This document shows, piece by piece, positions 1 through 11,281 of a stretch of 64,000 bases of DNA; the stretch's first letter is position 1, and the number at the start of each line of letters is the position of its first letter. Origin of the DNA: an uncultured Gemmatimonadales bacterium (GTDB lineage: Bacteria; Gemmatimonadota; Gemmatimonadetes; Longimicrobiales; RSA9); contig CAWFKH010000003.1 of assembly GCA_963816355.1 (NCBI GenBank), positions 672,001 to 736,000 of the forward strand. Direction: 5' to 3'. The notes under the pieces were generated by a model. That model was not told the DNA's origin and did not search any database. It saw only the letters and a list, made by a program, of their open reading frames with translations. The position numbers and the translations under genes were made by a program.

Positions 1-235
1 CGTGATCCTCCTGATGGGAGGCGCGCAACTGCTCGTCCTCGCCATCATGAGCGAGTATCTGGCGCGCGTCTACGACGAGGTCCGCAGACGGCCGATCTTC
101 CTGATTCGCGAGCGCGTGGGTTTCGACCGTCCGCCGGGGCAAACCGCGCCCGCGGCGGAGCCGACGCCGCCCTCCGCGGCCGGCCCGGCGGCCTCCGACG
201 ATTCCGCGCCGCCCGCGGCGCCGGCCGATGTGTGA
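1..235 (+). CDS. C-terminal fragment of a GT2 polyprenol-phosphate glycosyltransferase (GtrB/ArnC-like), truncated by the window edge
   Basis: TM helix followed by EYLARVYDEVRRRPIF, the typical GtrB/ArnC C-terminal motif. Confidence 0.75.
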   Translation, partial: VILLMGGAQLLVLAIMSEYLARVYDEVRRRPIFLIRERVGFDRPPGQTAPAAEPTPPSAAGPAASDDSAPPAAPADV

Positions 236-1865
236 GACGGCCGCGCCGCCGGCTCCACGCCACCGCGTAGCCGCTCCCTCGGCCGTCGAGCGCGCGCTCG
301 GCTTTCCGCTCCGCGACGACCGTGCTTTCCTGCTCCTCTTCGCCGCGCTCGCCCTGCTCGCCGCGATACCGCCGCTGGTCCGCCCGATCAACCTCGACGC
401 CGGATGGTTCCTCTACCTGGCTCGACGGTGGCTCGGCGGTGCCCGCCTCTATGTCGACTACATCGATCCGAACCCGCCGCTCGTCGTCTTCCTGAGCGCC
501 CCCGCGGCGCTCCTGGACGGCCTCTTCGGCGTCTCCGCCGCGGGCTGGTTCGACGCGGCCGTCGCCGTCGCGGCGCTTCTCTCCGCAGCGACGGCGACGG
601 CGCTCCTGCGGCGCCTCCTCGAGCGGAAGAGCGAGGCGCGCTTCCTGGGTCTTCTTGCGCTCTTCCTCCTGCTCGCGCTGCCGCAGGGCGACTTCGGCCA
701 GCGCGAGCACCTGATGTTCCTCGCCGTGCTGCCCTATCTGGTCCTTGCCGCCGGCCGCGCCGGCGGCCCTGCGCGCATCGGCGTCCGCACGACCTGGCTC
801 GCCGCGATCGGCGCGGTCGCAGGCGTGGGGTTCGCCCTGAAGCCGCACTTCCTGCCGGCGCTGCTCCTGGTGGAGCTGTACGTGGCCGCCGTGCATCGCT
901 CGCGCCGCGCCTGGCGTCGACCGGAGACGTTCGCCGCGCTCGCGGCTATGATGCTCTACGGCCTGGCCGCGCTGCCGCTCGTCCCCCGCTACCTGCACCT
1001 CGTGCGCACCCTCTTTGGCCCCGGGTACCTGCACTTCCACGCCGTGCCCGCCGCTGACATCCTGCGCACCGGCCGCATGACGTTCTTCGCCGCTGCGGCC
1101 GTCGCGTGGCTGGCGCTGCGGCCCGGGGGAGCGCTGCGCCGCACCGGCGACGTGCTCTTCCTGGCCCTAGTCGCCTTCGCCGCCTCCGTCCTGCTCCAGG
1201 GCAAGGGCTTCAGCTACCACTGGTATCCTGCCCTGGCCACCGCGGTCCTGCTTTCCGCCGTCGTGCTGCTTCAGGCGATGCGCCGCGTCGCCGCCATGCC
1301 CGCTCCGCTCCGTCTCGTCGCTCCCGCGGCCACGCTCGCCCTCACGTTCCTCACGCTCCTCTTCGCCCTGAGCCTCGCCCGCGCCGCCTTCCATCCACCG
1401 AGCCCGCGCGAGCGCGATGCGGCTCGTATGCTCGACATCGTCCGCGAGCGTGCGTACGCCGGTCGCGTCCTCTTCCTCTCCACCCGCATGCAGGACGCCT
1501 TTCCTCTCCTCGTCTACACGGACGCCACGCTCGCCGGGCCGCTCCCGCACCTGTGGCCCGTCGCCGTCTCGCTCACACCCGATGTCGCCCCTGCCGCCGC
1601 CGGCCGCATGGACGCCTACGTCCTCGACGTCGTCGGCGCCGCCGTCGCCGCCGCTCCTCCGGACCTGATCGTCGTCGACACCTCGCCGGTCCTCCTGGCG
1701 GGCGGCGGCACGCGCCGCGTCGACATGCTGCGCTACTTCGCGCGCGACGCCCGCTTCCGCGCCGCCCTCGGCCGCTACCGGCGCCTCGCGACGGTGGGGC
1801 ACGACGTCCTCTACCGCCGCGTGGCCGCCGCCGACGCGCTTGTCACGCCGCCCGCGCGGCGCTAG
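228..1865 (+). CDS. Multi-pass membrane protein, putative GT-C glycosyltransferase (paralog group A)
   Basis: Many TM segments with an acidic first loop (NLDAGW...LYVDYIDPNPP). Motifs FGQREH, GFALKPHF and QGKGFSYH are shared with the genes at 11282 and 15092. Confidence 0.65.
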   Translation: MCETAAPPAPRHRVAAPSAVERALGFPLRDDRAFLLLFAALALLAAIPPLVRPINLDAGWFLYLARRWLGGARLYVDYIDPNPPLVVFLSAPAALLDGLFGVSAAGWFDAAVAVAALLSAATATALLRRLLERKSEARFLGLLALFLLLALPQGDFGQREHLMFLAVLPYLVLAAGRAGGPARIGVRTTWLAAIGAVAGVGFALKPHFLPALLLVELYVAAVHRSRRAWRRPETFAALAAMMLYGLAALPLVPRYLHLVRTLFGPGYLHFHAVPAADILRTGRMTFFAAAAVAWLALRPGGALRRTGDVLFLALVAFAASVLLQGKGFSYHWYPALATAVLLSAVVLLQAMRRVAAMPAPLRLVAPAATLALTFLTLLFALSLARAAFHPPSPRERDAARMLDIVRERAYAGRVLFLSTRMQDAFPLLVYTDATLAGPLPHLWPVAVSLTPDVAPAAAGRMDAYVLDVVGAAVAAAPPDLIVVDTSPVLLAGGGTRRVDMLRYFARDARFRAALGRYRRLATVGHDVLYRRVAAADALVTPPARR

Positions 1866-1986
1866 CTTGACTGGAGTTTCCCCGCCTGTTCAGTCCATCC
1901 CCCGGTGACAGATTCCGACCGCGCGGTCGGCGCGCTCGCGCGCGCCGCCGGCCGCCGGCCACGCGCACACACATGCGGATCCGTTC

Positions 1987-2916
1987 GTGAGCCTTCTCGC
2001 CGACATCGTCGCCCAGCTCGCGCCGCTCCAGAACCCGGACGGGGGATGGGGCGCCGCGGCCGCGCACCCGAGCAACCCGGAGGCGACCGCGCTCGCCGCC
2101 CGCGCGCTCGCCGCGGCGGCGGCCGCGCACGGCGACGCCGCGCGCGACGACGGCGCGGCCGCGCTCGCCTGGCTGCGCGCCGCCCGCGCGCCCGACGGCA
2201 CCTACCCGTTCCTCGCGGACGCGCCGGCCGCGGTGTGGCCGACCGCGGTGGTCGCGTGGTCGCTCGCGGGCGTGCCGGCGGCGCGCGCGGAGGCGGTGCG
2301 CGCCGGGCGGGCGCTGCTCGGCGTCGAGGGTCGCGGCAACGTCTGGTGGGTGCGCCTGCTCGGGCGGCTCTACCCGGAGCAGAAGGAAGCCGCGTTCGAG
2401 ACGGACCTCGATCTCACCGGCTGGCCGTGGGTGCGCGACACCGCGAGCTGGGTCGAGCCCACCGCGTGGGCGGTGCTCGCGCTGCGCGCCCTGCGCGAGG
2501 ACCTGCCGCGCCACGCCGTCGACCACCGCCTCGGCCTCGCGGACGCGATGTTCCGCGACCGCGCCTGCCCCGGCGGCGGCTGGAACTACGGCAACGGGCG
2601 CGCGCTCGGCCAGGACCTGCGGCCGTACCCGGACACGACGGCGCTCGCGCTGCTCGCGCTGCGCCCCGCGCACCCGTCGCCGGAAACCGAGGCCGGCCTC
2701 GCCGCGCTCGACCGCATGCTCGAGACGAACCACTCCTCGCTCGCGGCCGCGCTCGCCTCGCTCTGCCGCGCCGCCTACGGCCTCGACGCCGCGCCGCTCG
2801 CCGCGCGCCTCGACGCCGCCTTCGCGCGCAACCGCTTCCGCGGCGACGTCCGCACCCTCGCGCTCGCCGCCATCGCGCTCGCCGGCGCGCCCGCCGCCGC
2901 CCGCTCCGCCGCCTGA
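1987..2916 (+). CDS. Prenyltransferase/squalene-cyclase (alpha-alpha toroid) repeat protein
   Basis: QNPDGGWG and GGGWNYGN repeats, WVEPTA and [12 protein letters not shown] start; TGATG coupling to the next gene. Confidence 0.7.
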   Translation: MSLLADIVAQLAPLQNPDGGWGAAAAHPSNPEATALAARALAAAAAAHGDAARDDGAAALAWLRAARAPDGTYPFLADAPAAVWPTAVVAWSLAGVPAARAEAVRAGRALLGVEGRGNVWWVRLLGRLYPEQKEAAFETDLDLTGWPWVRDTASWVEPTAWAVLALRALREDLPRHAVDHRLGLADAMFRDRACPGGGWNYGNGRALGQDLRPYPDTTALALLALRPAHPSPETEAGLAALDRMLETNHSSLAAALASLCRAAYGLDAAPLAARLDAAFARNRFRGDVRTLALAAIALAGAPAAARSAA

Positions 2917-3932
2917 TGCAGCGCCGCGACTTCCTCAGGACGGTCGCCGCCGCCGGCGCCGCGGGCGCCGTTCCGCTGCTGGCGCGCTGCGCCGATCCGC
3001 CGCCCACGTGGGACCGCGACGCCTACGCGAAGCCCGCCGCGTCCCGCGTCGCGCTTCTCGCCGCCGCCGACTACGGCCCCGGCCTCGCCGGCACCGTGCG
3101 CGACGGGCTCCGCCTCGTCGGCGCCGACGTGCGCGGCCGCCGCGTCGTCCTCAAGCCGAACCTCGTCGAGTTCGACCCCGACGGCGCCATCAACACGCAC
3201 CCGGCGCTGATCGCCGCCGCCGTCGAGGCGTTCCGCTCGCTCGGCGCCGCCGCCGTCACGGTGGCCGAGGGGCCCGGCCACCGCCGCGACAACGACTACC
3301 TCCTCGCCGCGTCCGGCCTGGACGACGCGCTCACCGAAGCCGGCGCCCGCTACGTCGACCTCAACCTCGACCCCACGCGCCCCGTGCGCGCCCGCAGCGA
3401 CTTCACCTCGCTGGGCCGCCTGCACCTGCCCGCGACCGTGCTCGACGCGGACCTCTTCGTCTCCATGCCCAAACTCAAGACCCACCACTGGGCCGGCGTC
3501 ACGCTGTCGATGAAGAACCTCTTCGGCATCATGCCCGGCGGCGTCTACGGCTGGCCGAAGAACGTGCTCCACTGGGCCGGCATCGACGGCAGCATCGTCG
3601 ACATCAACGCCGCGCTCCGCGTGCCCCGCCTCGCCATCGTCGACGCCATCGTCGGCATGGAGGGCAACGGCCCCATCCAGGGCACGCCGCGCCGCACCGG
3701 CGCGCTCCTCTTCGGCGCCGACCCCGTCGCCGTCGACGCCACCGCCGCGCGCCTCATGATGATCGACCCGGAGAAGGTCCCCTCCATCGCGAACGCCGGG
3801 CGGTTCCTCGGCAACCTCGAGGAGGAGCGCATCACGCACATCGGCGAGGACCCCGGCCGCTTCGCCCAGGACTACGCCGTCCTCGACCGCTTCCGCCACC
3901 TCAAGGCGGCACCGCTCGCGAGCGCCGGATGA
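2916..3932 (+). CDS. DUF362 domain protein with twin-arginine (Tat) signal, possibly lipidated
   Basis: MQRRDFL signal with [41 protein letters not shown] and DPVAVD motifs. Confidence 0.8.
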   Translation: MQRRDFLRTVAAAGAAGAVPLLARCADPPPTWDRDAYAKPAASRVALLAAADYGPGLAGTVRDGLRLVGADVRGRRVVLKPNLVEFDPDGAINTHPALIAAAVEAFRSLGAAAVTVAEGPGHRRDNDYLLAASGLDDALTEAGARYVDLNLDPTRPVRARSDFTSLGRLHLPATVLDADLFVSMPKLKTHHWAGVTLSMKNLFGIMPGGVYGWPKNVLHWAGIDGSIVDINAALRVPRLAIVDAIVGMEGNGPIQGTPRRTGALLFGADPVAVDATAARLMMIDPEKVPSIANAGRFLGNLEEERITHIGEDPGRFAQDYAVLDRFRHLKAAPLASAG

Positions 3933-5614
3933 CGGAACCCCTCGATCCGTACGGGATGCCTCGCGCGACGGCGCGCGACCGCCGCGTCGCCGTCATCGCC
4001 GGCGCCGGCCCCGCCGGCCTCACCGCCGCCTACGAGCTGCTCCGGCGCACGGACGTGCACCCCATCGTGCTCGAGGCGTCGGACGCGATCGGCGGCATCG
4101 CCCGCACCTACGAGTACAGGGGCAACCGCATCGACATCGGCGGCCACCGCTTCTTCTCGAAGAGCCGCCGCGTCATGGAGTGGTGGTTCAACATCCTGCC
4201 CCTGCAGGGCGCGCCCGCCCGCGACGAGCGCGCGAAGGGGATCGTCGTCGACTACGCGAAGGAGGCCGTCCAGCGGCCGCTGCGCGCCCCGAGCGGCAAC
4301 GGCCACGGCGCCTCGGACGCCGTAGTGCGGCGCCCCGCGCCGGACCCGGAGCTCGAGGACGAGGTCATGCTGCAGCGGCCGCGCCTCTCGCGCATCTTCT
4401 ACCGCCGCCAGTTCTTCCCCTATCCGATCGGCATCACCTTCGGCGTGGCGCTGCCGCCTCGGCCTCGCTCAACACCGCCCTCATCGGCCTCAGCTACATC
4501 AAGGCGCGGCTGCTGCCGATCCGCGACGAGGAGTTCCTCGACGCGTTCTTCATCAACCGCTTCGGCCGCCGCCTCTACGAGACCTTCTTCCGCGAGTACA
4601 CGGAGAAGGTCTGGGGCGTCCCGTGCTCCGAGATCAAGGCCGACTGGGGCGCCCAGCGCGTCAAGGGCCTCTCCCTGATCCGCGCGCTCCGCCAGGCGCT
4701 CCAGCGACCTCGTCACCTCCGACGCGCAGAAGGCGCGCGAGCAGCGCGAGACCTCGCTCATCACCCGCTTCTACTACCCGAAGTACGGGCCCGGCCAGAT
4801 GTGGGAGACCGTCGCGCGCCAGGTCGAGGCGTGCGGCGGCGAGGTGCGCATGCGGCAGCGCGTGGTGGGGATCGACGTCGAGGACGGGCGCGTCGTCGCC
4901 GTGCGCGTCCGCGACGAGCAGGGCGGCGAAGCGTACCGCCTGCCGTGCGACTACTTCTTCTCCACCATGCCGGTGCGCGAGCTGGTGCGCGGCGTCCGCC
5001 CCGCGCCGCCGGCGAACGTCCGCGAGGTGGCGGAGGGCCTCGTCTACCGCGACTTCCTCACCGTCGGCCTGCTGCTGCGCCGGCTGCACGTGCGCACGAA
5101 GGGCGCGCCGCCCGCCGAGCGCGTCCCCGACAACTGGATCTACGTCCAGGAGGGCGACGTCCGCGTCGGCCGCATCCAGGTCTTCAACAACTGGAGCCCC
5201 TACATGGTGGCCGACCCCGACAACACCGTCTGGATCGGCCTCGAGTACTTCCTCGACGAGGGCGACGACCTCTGGCGCATGGCCGACGACGAGCTCGTCC
5301 GCCTCGGCGTCGAGGAGATGGAGCAGATCGGCTTCATCCGCGCCGAGGACGTCCTCGACGGCTGCGTGCTGCGCATGCCCAAGGCGTACCCCGCCTATTT
5401 CGGCACCTTCGAGCGCATGGACGAGGTCCGCGACTGGTCCCGCTCCATCCCGAACCTCTTCCTCGTCGGCCGCAACGGCATGCACCGCTACAACAACCAG
5501 GACCACAGCATGCTGACCGCCATGGTCGCCGTCGACGGCATCGAGAAGCAGACCGCCGAGGACGTCTGGGGCGTCAACGTCGAGATGGCGTACCACGAGG
5601 AGGTGGAGGCGTGA
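3929..5614 (+). CDS. FAD-dependent oxidoreductase (PRK07208/HemY-like, UDP-galactopyranose-mutase-related); two frameshifts near 4455 and 4705
   Basis: [40 protein letters not shown] and [15 protein letters not shown] are spread over three frame segments. Confidence 0.75.
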
Positions 5615-6629
5615 GAAAGCTCATCATCCAGATCCCGTGCTACAACGAGAGGGAGATGCTGCCCCAGACGCTCGCGGATCTCCCCCGCGAGGTGGCGGGA
5701 TTCGACGTCGTGGAGTGGCTCGTCGTCGATGATGGAAGCGATGACGGCACGGCGGAAATAGCTGCGAGCTCGGGGTAGACCATGTCGTCCGGCTTGGAAC
5801 GCATCGCGGATTGGCGGAGGCCTTTTCTCGAGGGCTTGAGGCGTGCTTGGATGCGGGCGCGGACGTGATCGTGAACACTGATGGCGATAATCAGTACTGC
5901 GGAGATGATATCCCCTTGTTGATAGCCCCCATCATCGACGGGAAATGCCGATATCGTGGTTGGGGCCCGACCGATCCGCTCTACGCCCTCCTTCGGGCCT
6001 ATCAAGAAGATCCTCCAACGTCTCGGAAGCCGCATCGTCGCTATGCTCAGCGGGACTACAATCGCGGATGCGCCGAGCGGCTTCCGCGCAATCAGCCGCC
6101 GAGCGGTGCGCGTAAGCTCAAGGTGTTCAACGAATTCAGCTACACACTGGAAACCATTATTCAAGCGGGAATGAAGGGGATGTCCATCGTCTCCGTACCG
6201 ATTCGCATGAACGGCGCTCGCCGCGATTCGCGGCTTTCCCGATCGAGCGCATCCTACGTTTGGAAGCAAGGCATCACGATCGTGCGCATTTTCATGACCT
6301 ACCGCTCATTCTGGTTTTTCGCCGCTCCCGGCACCATCATGTTCACATTCGGCCTCGCTCTGGCCTCGAGGTATCTCGCCTACTTTCTTGCAGGGAGGGG
6401 CGCGGGGCACGTCCAGTCCGTCATCCTCGCCGCACTCCTTCTCGGCTCGGGCATTACCCTGATCCTTGTTGGACTCCTGGCGGATTTGATCTCAGTCAAT
6501 CGCAAGCTGCTGGAGCATGTCGACGATAGAATCCACCGCTTGGACGATGCGTTAACCGTCGCACTCCGCGCGCCAGAAGAAAACGGAGTCGCTCCGGCGG
6601 AGATCATCGCGACTCGAGGGAACACTTGA
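5611..6629 (+). CDS. GT2 DPM-synthase-like glycosyltransferase with two C-terminal TM helices; frameshifts near 5775, 5950 and 6110
   Basis: [32 protein letters not shown] and FSYTLET lie in successive frames. Confidence 0.75.
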
Positions 6630-7350
6630 CGAAACCGAGGGAGACCGCCAACGGGGCCAGAAGCCGATCGTGGCTCCGCGACGTGCTTCGACGAGCGGCG
6701 TGGCTCCATAGGCCGTTGCGCTTTCTACAGCGGATCGGGTTTCCAGGCTCGTGGCAGTATTGGGAGCGTCGCTATGCAGCCGGCGGTACGTCGGGTCCCG
6801 GATCGTTGGGCGCCCTCGCTGCGTTCAAATCGGAGGTCCTGAATCAGTTCGCAATGGAGAAGAGAATTCAGTCAGTTCTGGACTTCGGATGTGGCGACGG
6901 AAGACAGGCAGAGGGTTTCGTATTTCCATTCTATGTTGGACTAGATGTTTCAGAAGTCGGCGGTTCACGGATGTCGTGAACGCTTCGGTGCTCAGCCGAA
7001 TCGAGTCTTTTATTGGTACGACGGGCGTGAGTTGCCTATGGAATTGCGGACATACGAGCCCGATTTGTCGTTGTCACTCGATGTGATTTTTCATCCTGGT
7101 TGAGGACACGATTTTCGAGCAATATATGAGAACTCTTTGGCTCAGGTGCGGATTTCGTCGCAATTTACTCGACGACATGGACATTGCCGGACCCTATGCC
7201 GCACGTACGGCATCGGCATTTTACTCGTTGGGTTGCCGAGCTTCAGCCCGAATGGGGCCTGATCGAGCAAGTCCCGAACCCGTACGCTCGCCGCGCCAAA
7301 AGGCGTCACCTGTACCTCCCCGATTTTTTCTTTTATGCCCAGGCGAGTGA
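6626..7350 (+). pseudogene. Class I SAM-dependent methyltransferase, fragmented by several frameshifts; 3' end approximate
   Basis: YWERRYAAGGTSGPGS and VLDFGCGDG, with PHVRHRHFTRWV in another frame. Confidence 0.6.
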
Positions 7351-8499
7351 CATATGGCCAGGCGAAGTCGAGTCCGAGCCATCAACGCTTTCTCTTCGTC
7401 ACAAGGAAATACCCTCCTCAAGTCGGGGGGATGGAATTGCTATTGATGAATCTTTACTCCGGCGTCAAGGCGATCCGCCAGGACACTCGATCTCCTCGCA
7501 CTGAAGCGCAGCCAAACGCACCTGCCGTGGTGGCTTCCGTATGCGTTCATTAGGACGGCATGGTTAGTGGTCACACGGAAGGTCGATCATGTCGTAGCAG
7601 GCGATGCGCTAGTCGCCGCCGCGCTTCGACCGCTACTGTCGCTCAAGCGTTTTCGGATGACTGTCATCGTTCATGGGCTAGACCTCACGTTTCCCAATCC
7701 CGTTTATCAGCATGCGCTGTCGTGGGCGCTTCCTCGAGCCGATCTGGTCGTGGCAAACAGCAGAGCTACAGCTCGGGCTGCTGAGGCTGTTGGTGTTTCG
7801 TCTGAGCGACTGACCTTGTTGCCACTCGGCGTTCGCGTCCCGAATAGCTCCATGCTTCATCGGGAGCAGAGCCGTCAACGCCTCCTTTCGCAATGTGCTT
7901 TAGAACCAGATAGTGTCTTGTTTCTGACCATGGGGCGCCTCGTTCGGCGAAAGGGTGTGCACTGGTTTATAGTGAACGTCTTACCGCGGTTGCCAAGGGA
8001 AGTGATCTACCTCGTGGCCGGAGCGGGTCCGGACCGTGACGAGATCGTTGAGGCCTCAAGGCTGGCCGCCGTGACGGACCGGGTACGAATGCTCGGACTC
8101 GTCGGGTTCACTGACCCTCTTCGAGAGGATTTGCTCCAAGGCTGTGATGTGTTCGTTCAGCCGAACATCCCCGTTCCAGGGAATATGGAAGGATTCGGGC
8201 TCGTCTTGGCTGAGGCCTCAGTACGGGGATTGCCTGTCGTGGCCTCTCGCTTGGAGGGAATCAAGGATGCTGTGATTCATGGTGAGACAGGTCTTCTCTG
8301 CTCCAGCCAAGATGCAGATGAGTGGGTCCGCGCGCTGACGCCACTGATCCAAAGCGGTTCCCAGCGTAGCCAGCTCGGAGAGAGCTTCCGCGTAAGCGCA
8401 TTGATGCAAAATTCGTCCGAGCGCATGGTCGAGCTGCTTCGTCTCCTCATTGGAGATCGGTGCTCGGCCGAGATAAATTACCATCCATTACATTCCTGA
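7347..8499 (+). CDS. GT4 family glycosyltransferase; frameshifts near 7480-7560
   Basis: The N-terminal RFLFVTRKYPPQVGGME is in another frame from HGLD, GRLVRRKG and MEGFGLVLAEA. Confidence 0.8.
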
Positions 8500-8549
8500 G
8501 GGTAATAAGAGCATCTTAGCGATTATCAACGGGCTGCCGAGGACGGGAT

Positions 8550-9092
8550 ATGGGAGCAACAGATGTTAGCCTTGACGCCCTCCGGGCTTTGGCGCACGGC
8601 GTATTCCGCGTCAGGCAATTTCACGATCGCGAACTCAAACGGTTTGGGCGCGGAATGACTGGAAAGAGGATCCTAGAAATAGGTAGTGGCAGACCTGTAA
8701 ATGGTGTGTACAAATATTCAGCCCGCAAGCATTTCCATGAGTCAAATGAATTTGTGGCGTCAGATGTAGTGGCGGCCTATGGACACCACGTCATAGATAT
8801 TACCACTGATAGAATCGATGAGGAATTTGATATAGTTCTGTGTGTGAACGTCCTTGAACATATTGACGCATTCCATACTGCGGTCGATAACATACACAAG
8901 GCGGTGAAGCGTGGGGGTACTGCTATAATCGGCGTGCCAGGATATTATCCTTTGCATGATGAGCCGAAGGATTATTGGCGGTTCACGGAGCACTCGCTAC
9001 GTGAGCTCACAGCCCTCTTCAGCGCCTCTAGAATTGTCCATTCCGGTTTTCGGCGGTACCCGTTTGCCTACTTCGTGGTTGCAACGAAGTAG
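8550..9092 (+). CDS. Class I SAM-dependent methyltransferase
   Basis: ILEIGSG, FDIVLCVNVLEH and HDEPKDYWRFT motifs. Confidence 0.8.
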   Translation: MGATDVSLDALRALAHGVFRVRQFHDRELKRFGRGMTGKRILEIGSGRPVNGVYKYSARKHFHESNEFVASDVVAAYGHHVIDITTDRIDEEFDIVLCVNVLEHIDAFHTAVDNIHKAVKRGGTAIIGVPGYYPLHDEPKDYWRFTEHSLRELTALFSASRIVHSGFRRYPFAYFVVATK

Positions 9093-9166
9093 GGGCGGCC
9101 GGCGACTAGGAGTTGAGTGTGCCACAACAGGCGTATGACGCCGGAATCATGGCTGGTGAGTGAAGA

Positions 9167-11215
9167 ATGCGGGACCTGAGAGCGGTCCTGCACAGTCTTT
9201 ATGTGCGCGGCGCGGAGACATTGTCGCAGGTTCACAAACCCAGGCCCGGAGGATGGATAGGCCGGACGGCAGTATTGCTCGCGACGTCGGGTCTGGTCGC
9301 TGCGGACCAGTGGGCCGGATGTGGTCTTGAGTGCGGCGGTATGCTTGAGATCCTCCATTCGACGGCCACGGTTGCTGTGGTTGGCGGAGTGCTGGGCGTG
9401 GCGTTCTGCGTCGGCGATGAGCTCTTGTCCAGATGGGTGACCGTGGAGGACGCGAGAGAGCGGTTGGTGTTCTCGACGTGCCTCGGCTCGGGCGTTCTCG
9501 CCGGTTGCCTTCTGCTTCTTGGCTTGGCGGGGTTGCTCCACGGTGCGACAGTCGGTGGGTTGTTCGTCGTCGCGCTGGCGGCTTCCCGGTCGAGGGTCCG
9601 GCATCTTGCACCGCTCCTGTCACGGGCGATTCAGGAATTGACGGCGCGCAGGAACGCCGCCTCGGCGGTCTGTCTTTCGCTCACGGTTGCCGTTCTGCTC
9701 TATCTCCTCGTCACCGGTCTGCTTCCTCCTTTCGACTGGGATTCCCTGGCGTATCACCTGGCTGTCCCCAAGTACTTCCTCGCGCATTACCGCGTTCAGC
9801 TTCCACCCGCGAATCTCCACGCCGCGTTCATCGGCGTGGTGCAGATGCTCTACCTGCCGTTCCTGGCCCTGAACCTCGAGGCGGGTCCGGGCCTGCTGAA
9901 CGCCGGTTTCGCTGTCCTCCTGGGGCTGGCGGTTCACGCGGCGGCGGAGCGCTTCTTCGGCGGGGGCGCCGCGGATTTCGCCCTATGTGGCCTCTGGGCC
10001 AGCACGGTCATCATCCTCGTCGCCCCGACTCCCCGCATGAATGTGACCCTGGCCCTGTTCGTGTTCTCGGCGCAACTGGCGATGCTCCACGCCATCGCCG
10101 GACCGCGGTTCGAAGTCCGCTGGCTGCTGCTTGCGGCCGCGCTCGTCGGGTTGTCCTTCGGCGTCAAGTACCATGGTGGGCTGTATGGGGCCAGCCTGTT
10201 GCCGCTCCTCTTCGCGCAGCCACGTCGGCTGGTCCGGGAGCGCGCGCAGCTGGGCTGGGCGATTCTAGTCGCAGGGGCATTCGCCGCCCCGTGGCTGCTC
10301 AAGAACCTGCTCCTGTTCCATGCGCCGCTCTATCCCTTCGTGTCGCGGCCGATCCTTCCGCCGTGGTTCGCACGCCTCAACGGAAGCTCCACTGCCGAAG
10401 CAGTCCCCATGCACGCCTTCCGGGTGTTGAGGCAGATTCGACATCCGCTCAACGTTCGCGATTTCTTTCTTTCTCCTGGAAAGCTGGTCCCGGAGTTGGA
10501 AGGCCGGCTCTACTTCGCTAACCCGCTGTTTCTCGCGCTGCCCATATTCGCCGCATTGCTGAGCTGGAAGAAGGTGCTGCTCTTCGTTGCTCCTCCCGCC
10601 ATCTATATCGCGGGGTTGCTGCTGGTCTCCCGCTACACGAATACGCGCTACCTGGTCCCCGCCTTCCCGAGTTTGACCTGCCTGGCTGCCGCCGGGGGGC
10701 ATGCCCTCCTCTCGCGCGTTCGTCCCGCTGGACTCAAGCATGCATTGATCGCTGCGGCCGCTTTCGCGCTCCTCGTTCCCACCATGGTGGCCGCCACGCT
10801 CCTCGTCCAGGCTCAACGCCCTTTCGGGGTGATCGCCGGCACCGAGTCTCGCTTGCACTACGCAGAACGCCAGCTTCCAGGCTATTTCCGTGCTCGTGAT
10901 TTCGTGAACAAACAGATCGGTCCGCGGGACAGCGTGCTCATGCTCTTCGAGGCCCGGTCGTATTACCTCGGCGATCCGTACATTCCGGATGTGGTGCTTC
11001 TGAACTGGCCGCGCGTATACGCAATCACTAAAGGATCGTGCCTGCCACGCGGCCTCAACACATATCTGCTTGTGAATTCCGGCATTGTCAACTACTACGT
11101 CAACCGCGGAATGCAAATGGGAGATCTCGGGTGGGGACGCTTCAAAGAGTTTTCAGCCGACTGTCTAAACAAGGTGTCATCCATTGACGGATATGACCTA
11201 TACAAGACGCGATGA
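9167..11215 (+). CDS. Multi-pass membrane protein, putative GT-C glycosyltransferase (group B); real start may be ATG 9341
   Basis: PPFDWDSLAYHLAVPK loop, GVKYHG, PWLLKN, RYLVPAFP and LFEARSYY motifs. Confidence 0.65.
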   Translation: MRDLRAVLHSLYVRGAETLSQVHKPRPGGWIGRTAVLLATSGLVAADQWAGCGLECGGMLEILHSTATVAVVGGVLGVAFCVGDELLSRWVTVEDARERLVFSTCLGSGVLAGCLLLLGLAGLLHGATVGGLFVVALAASRSRVRHLAPLLSRAIQELTARRNAASAVCLSLTVAVLLYLLVTGLLPPFDWDSLAYHLAVPKYFLAHYRVQLPPANLHAAFIGVVQMLYLPFLALNLEAGPGLLNAGFAVLLGLAVHAAAERFFGGGAADFALCGLWASTVIILVAPTPRMNVTLALFVFSAQLAMLHAIAGPRFEVRWLLLAAALVGLSFGVKYHGGLYGASLLPLLFAQPRRLVRERAQLGWAILVAGAFAAPWLLKNLLLFHAPLYPFVSRPILPPWFARLNGSSTAEAVPMHAFRVLRQIRHPLNVRDFFLSPGKLVPELEGRLYFANPLFLALPIFAALLSWKKVLLFVAPPAIYIAGLLLVSRYTNTRYLVPAFPSLTCLAAAGGHALLSRVRPAGLKHALIAAAAFALLVPTMVAATLLVQAQRPFGVIAGTESRLHYAERQLPGYFRARDFVNKQIGPRDSVLMLFEARSYYLGDPYIPDVVLLNWPRVYAITKGSCLPRGLNTYLLVNSGIVNYYVNRGMQMGDLGWGRFKEFSADCLNKVSSIDGYDLYKTR

Positions 11216-11281
11216 CGCACCGTTTGCCCGCCACGTTGCGGGAGCGCAAAGCGCGTTTGTCGGGACTCGGCACCGGATCAG

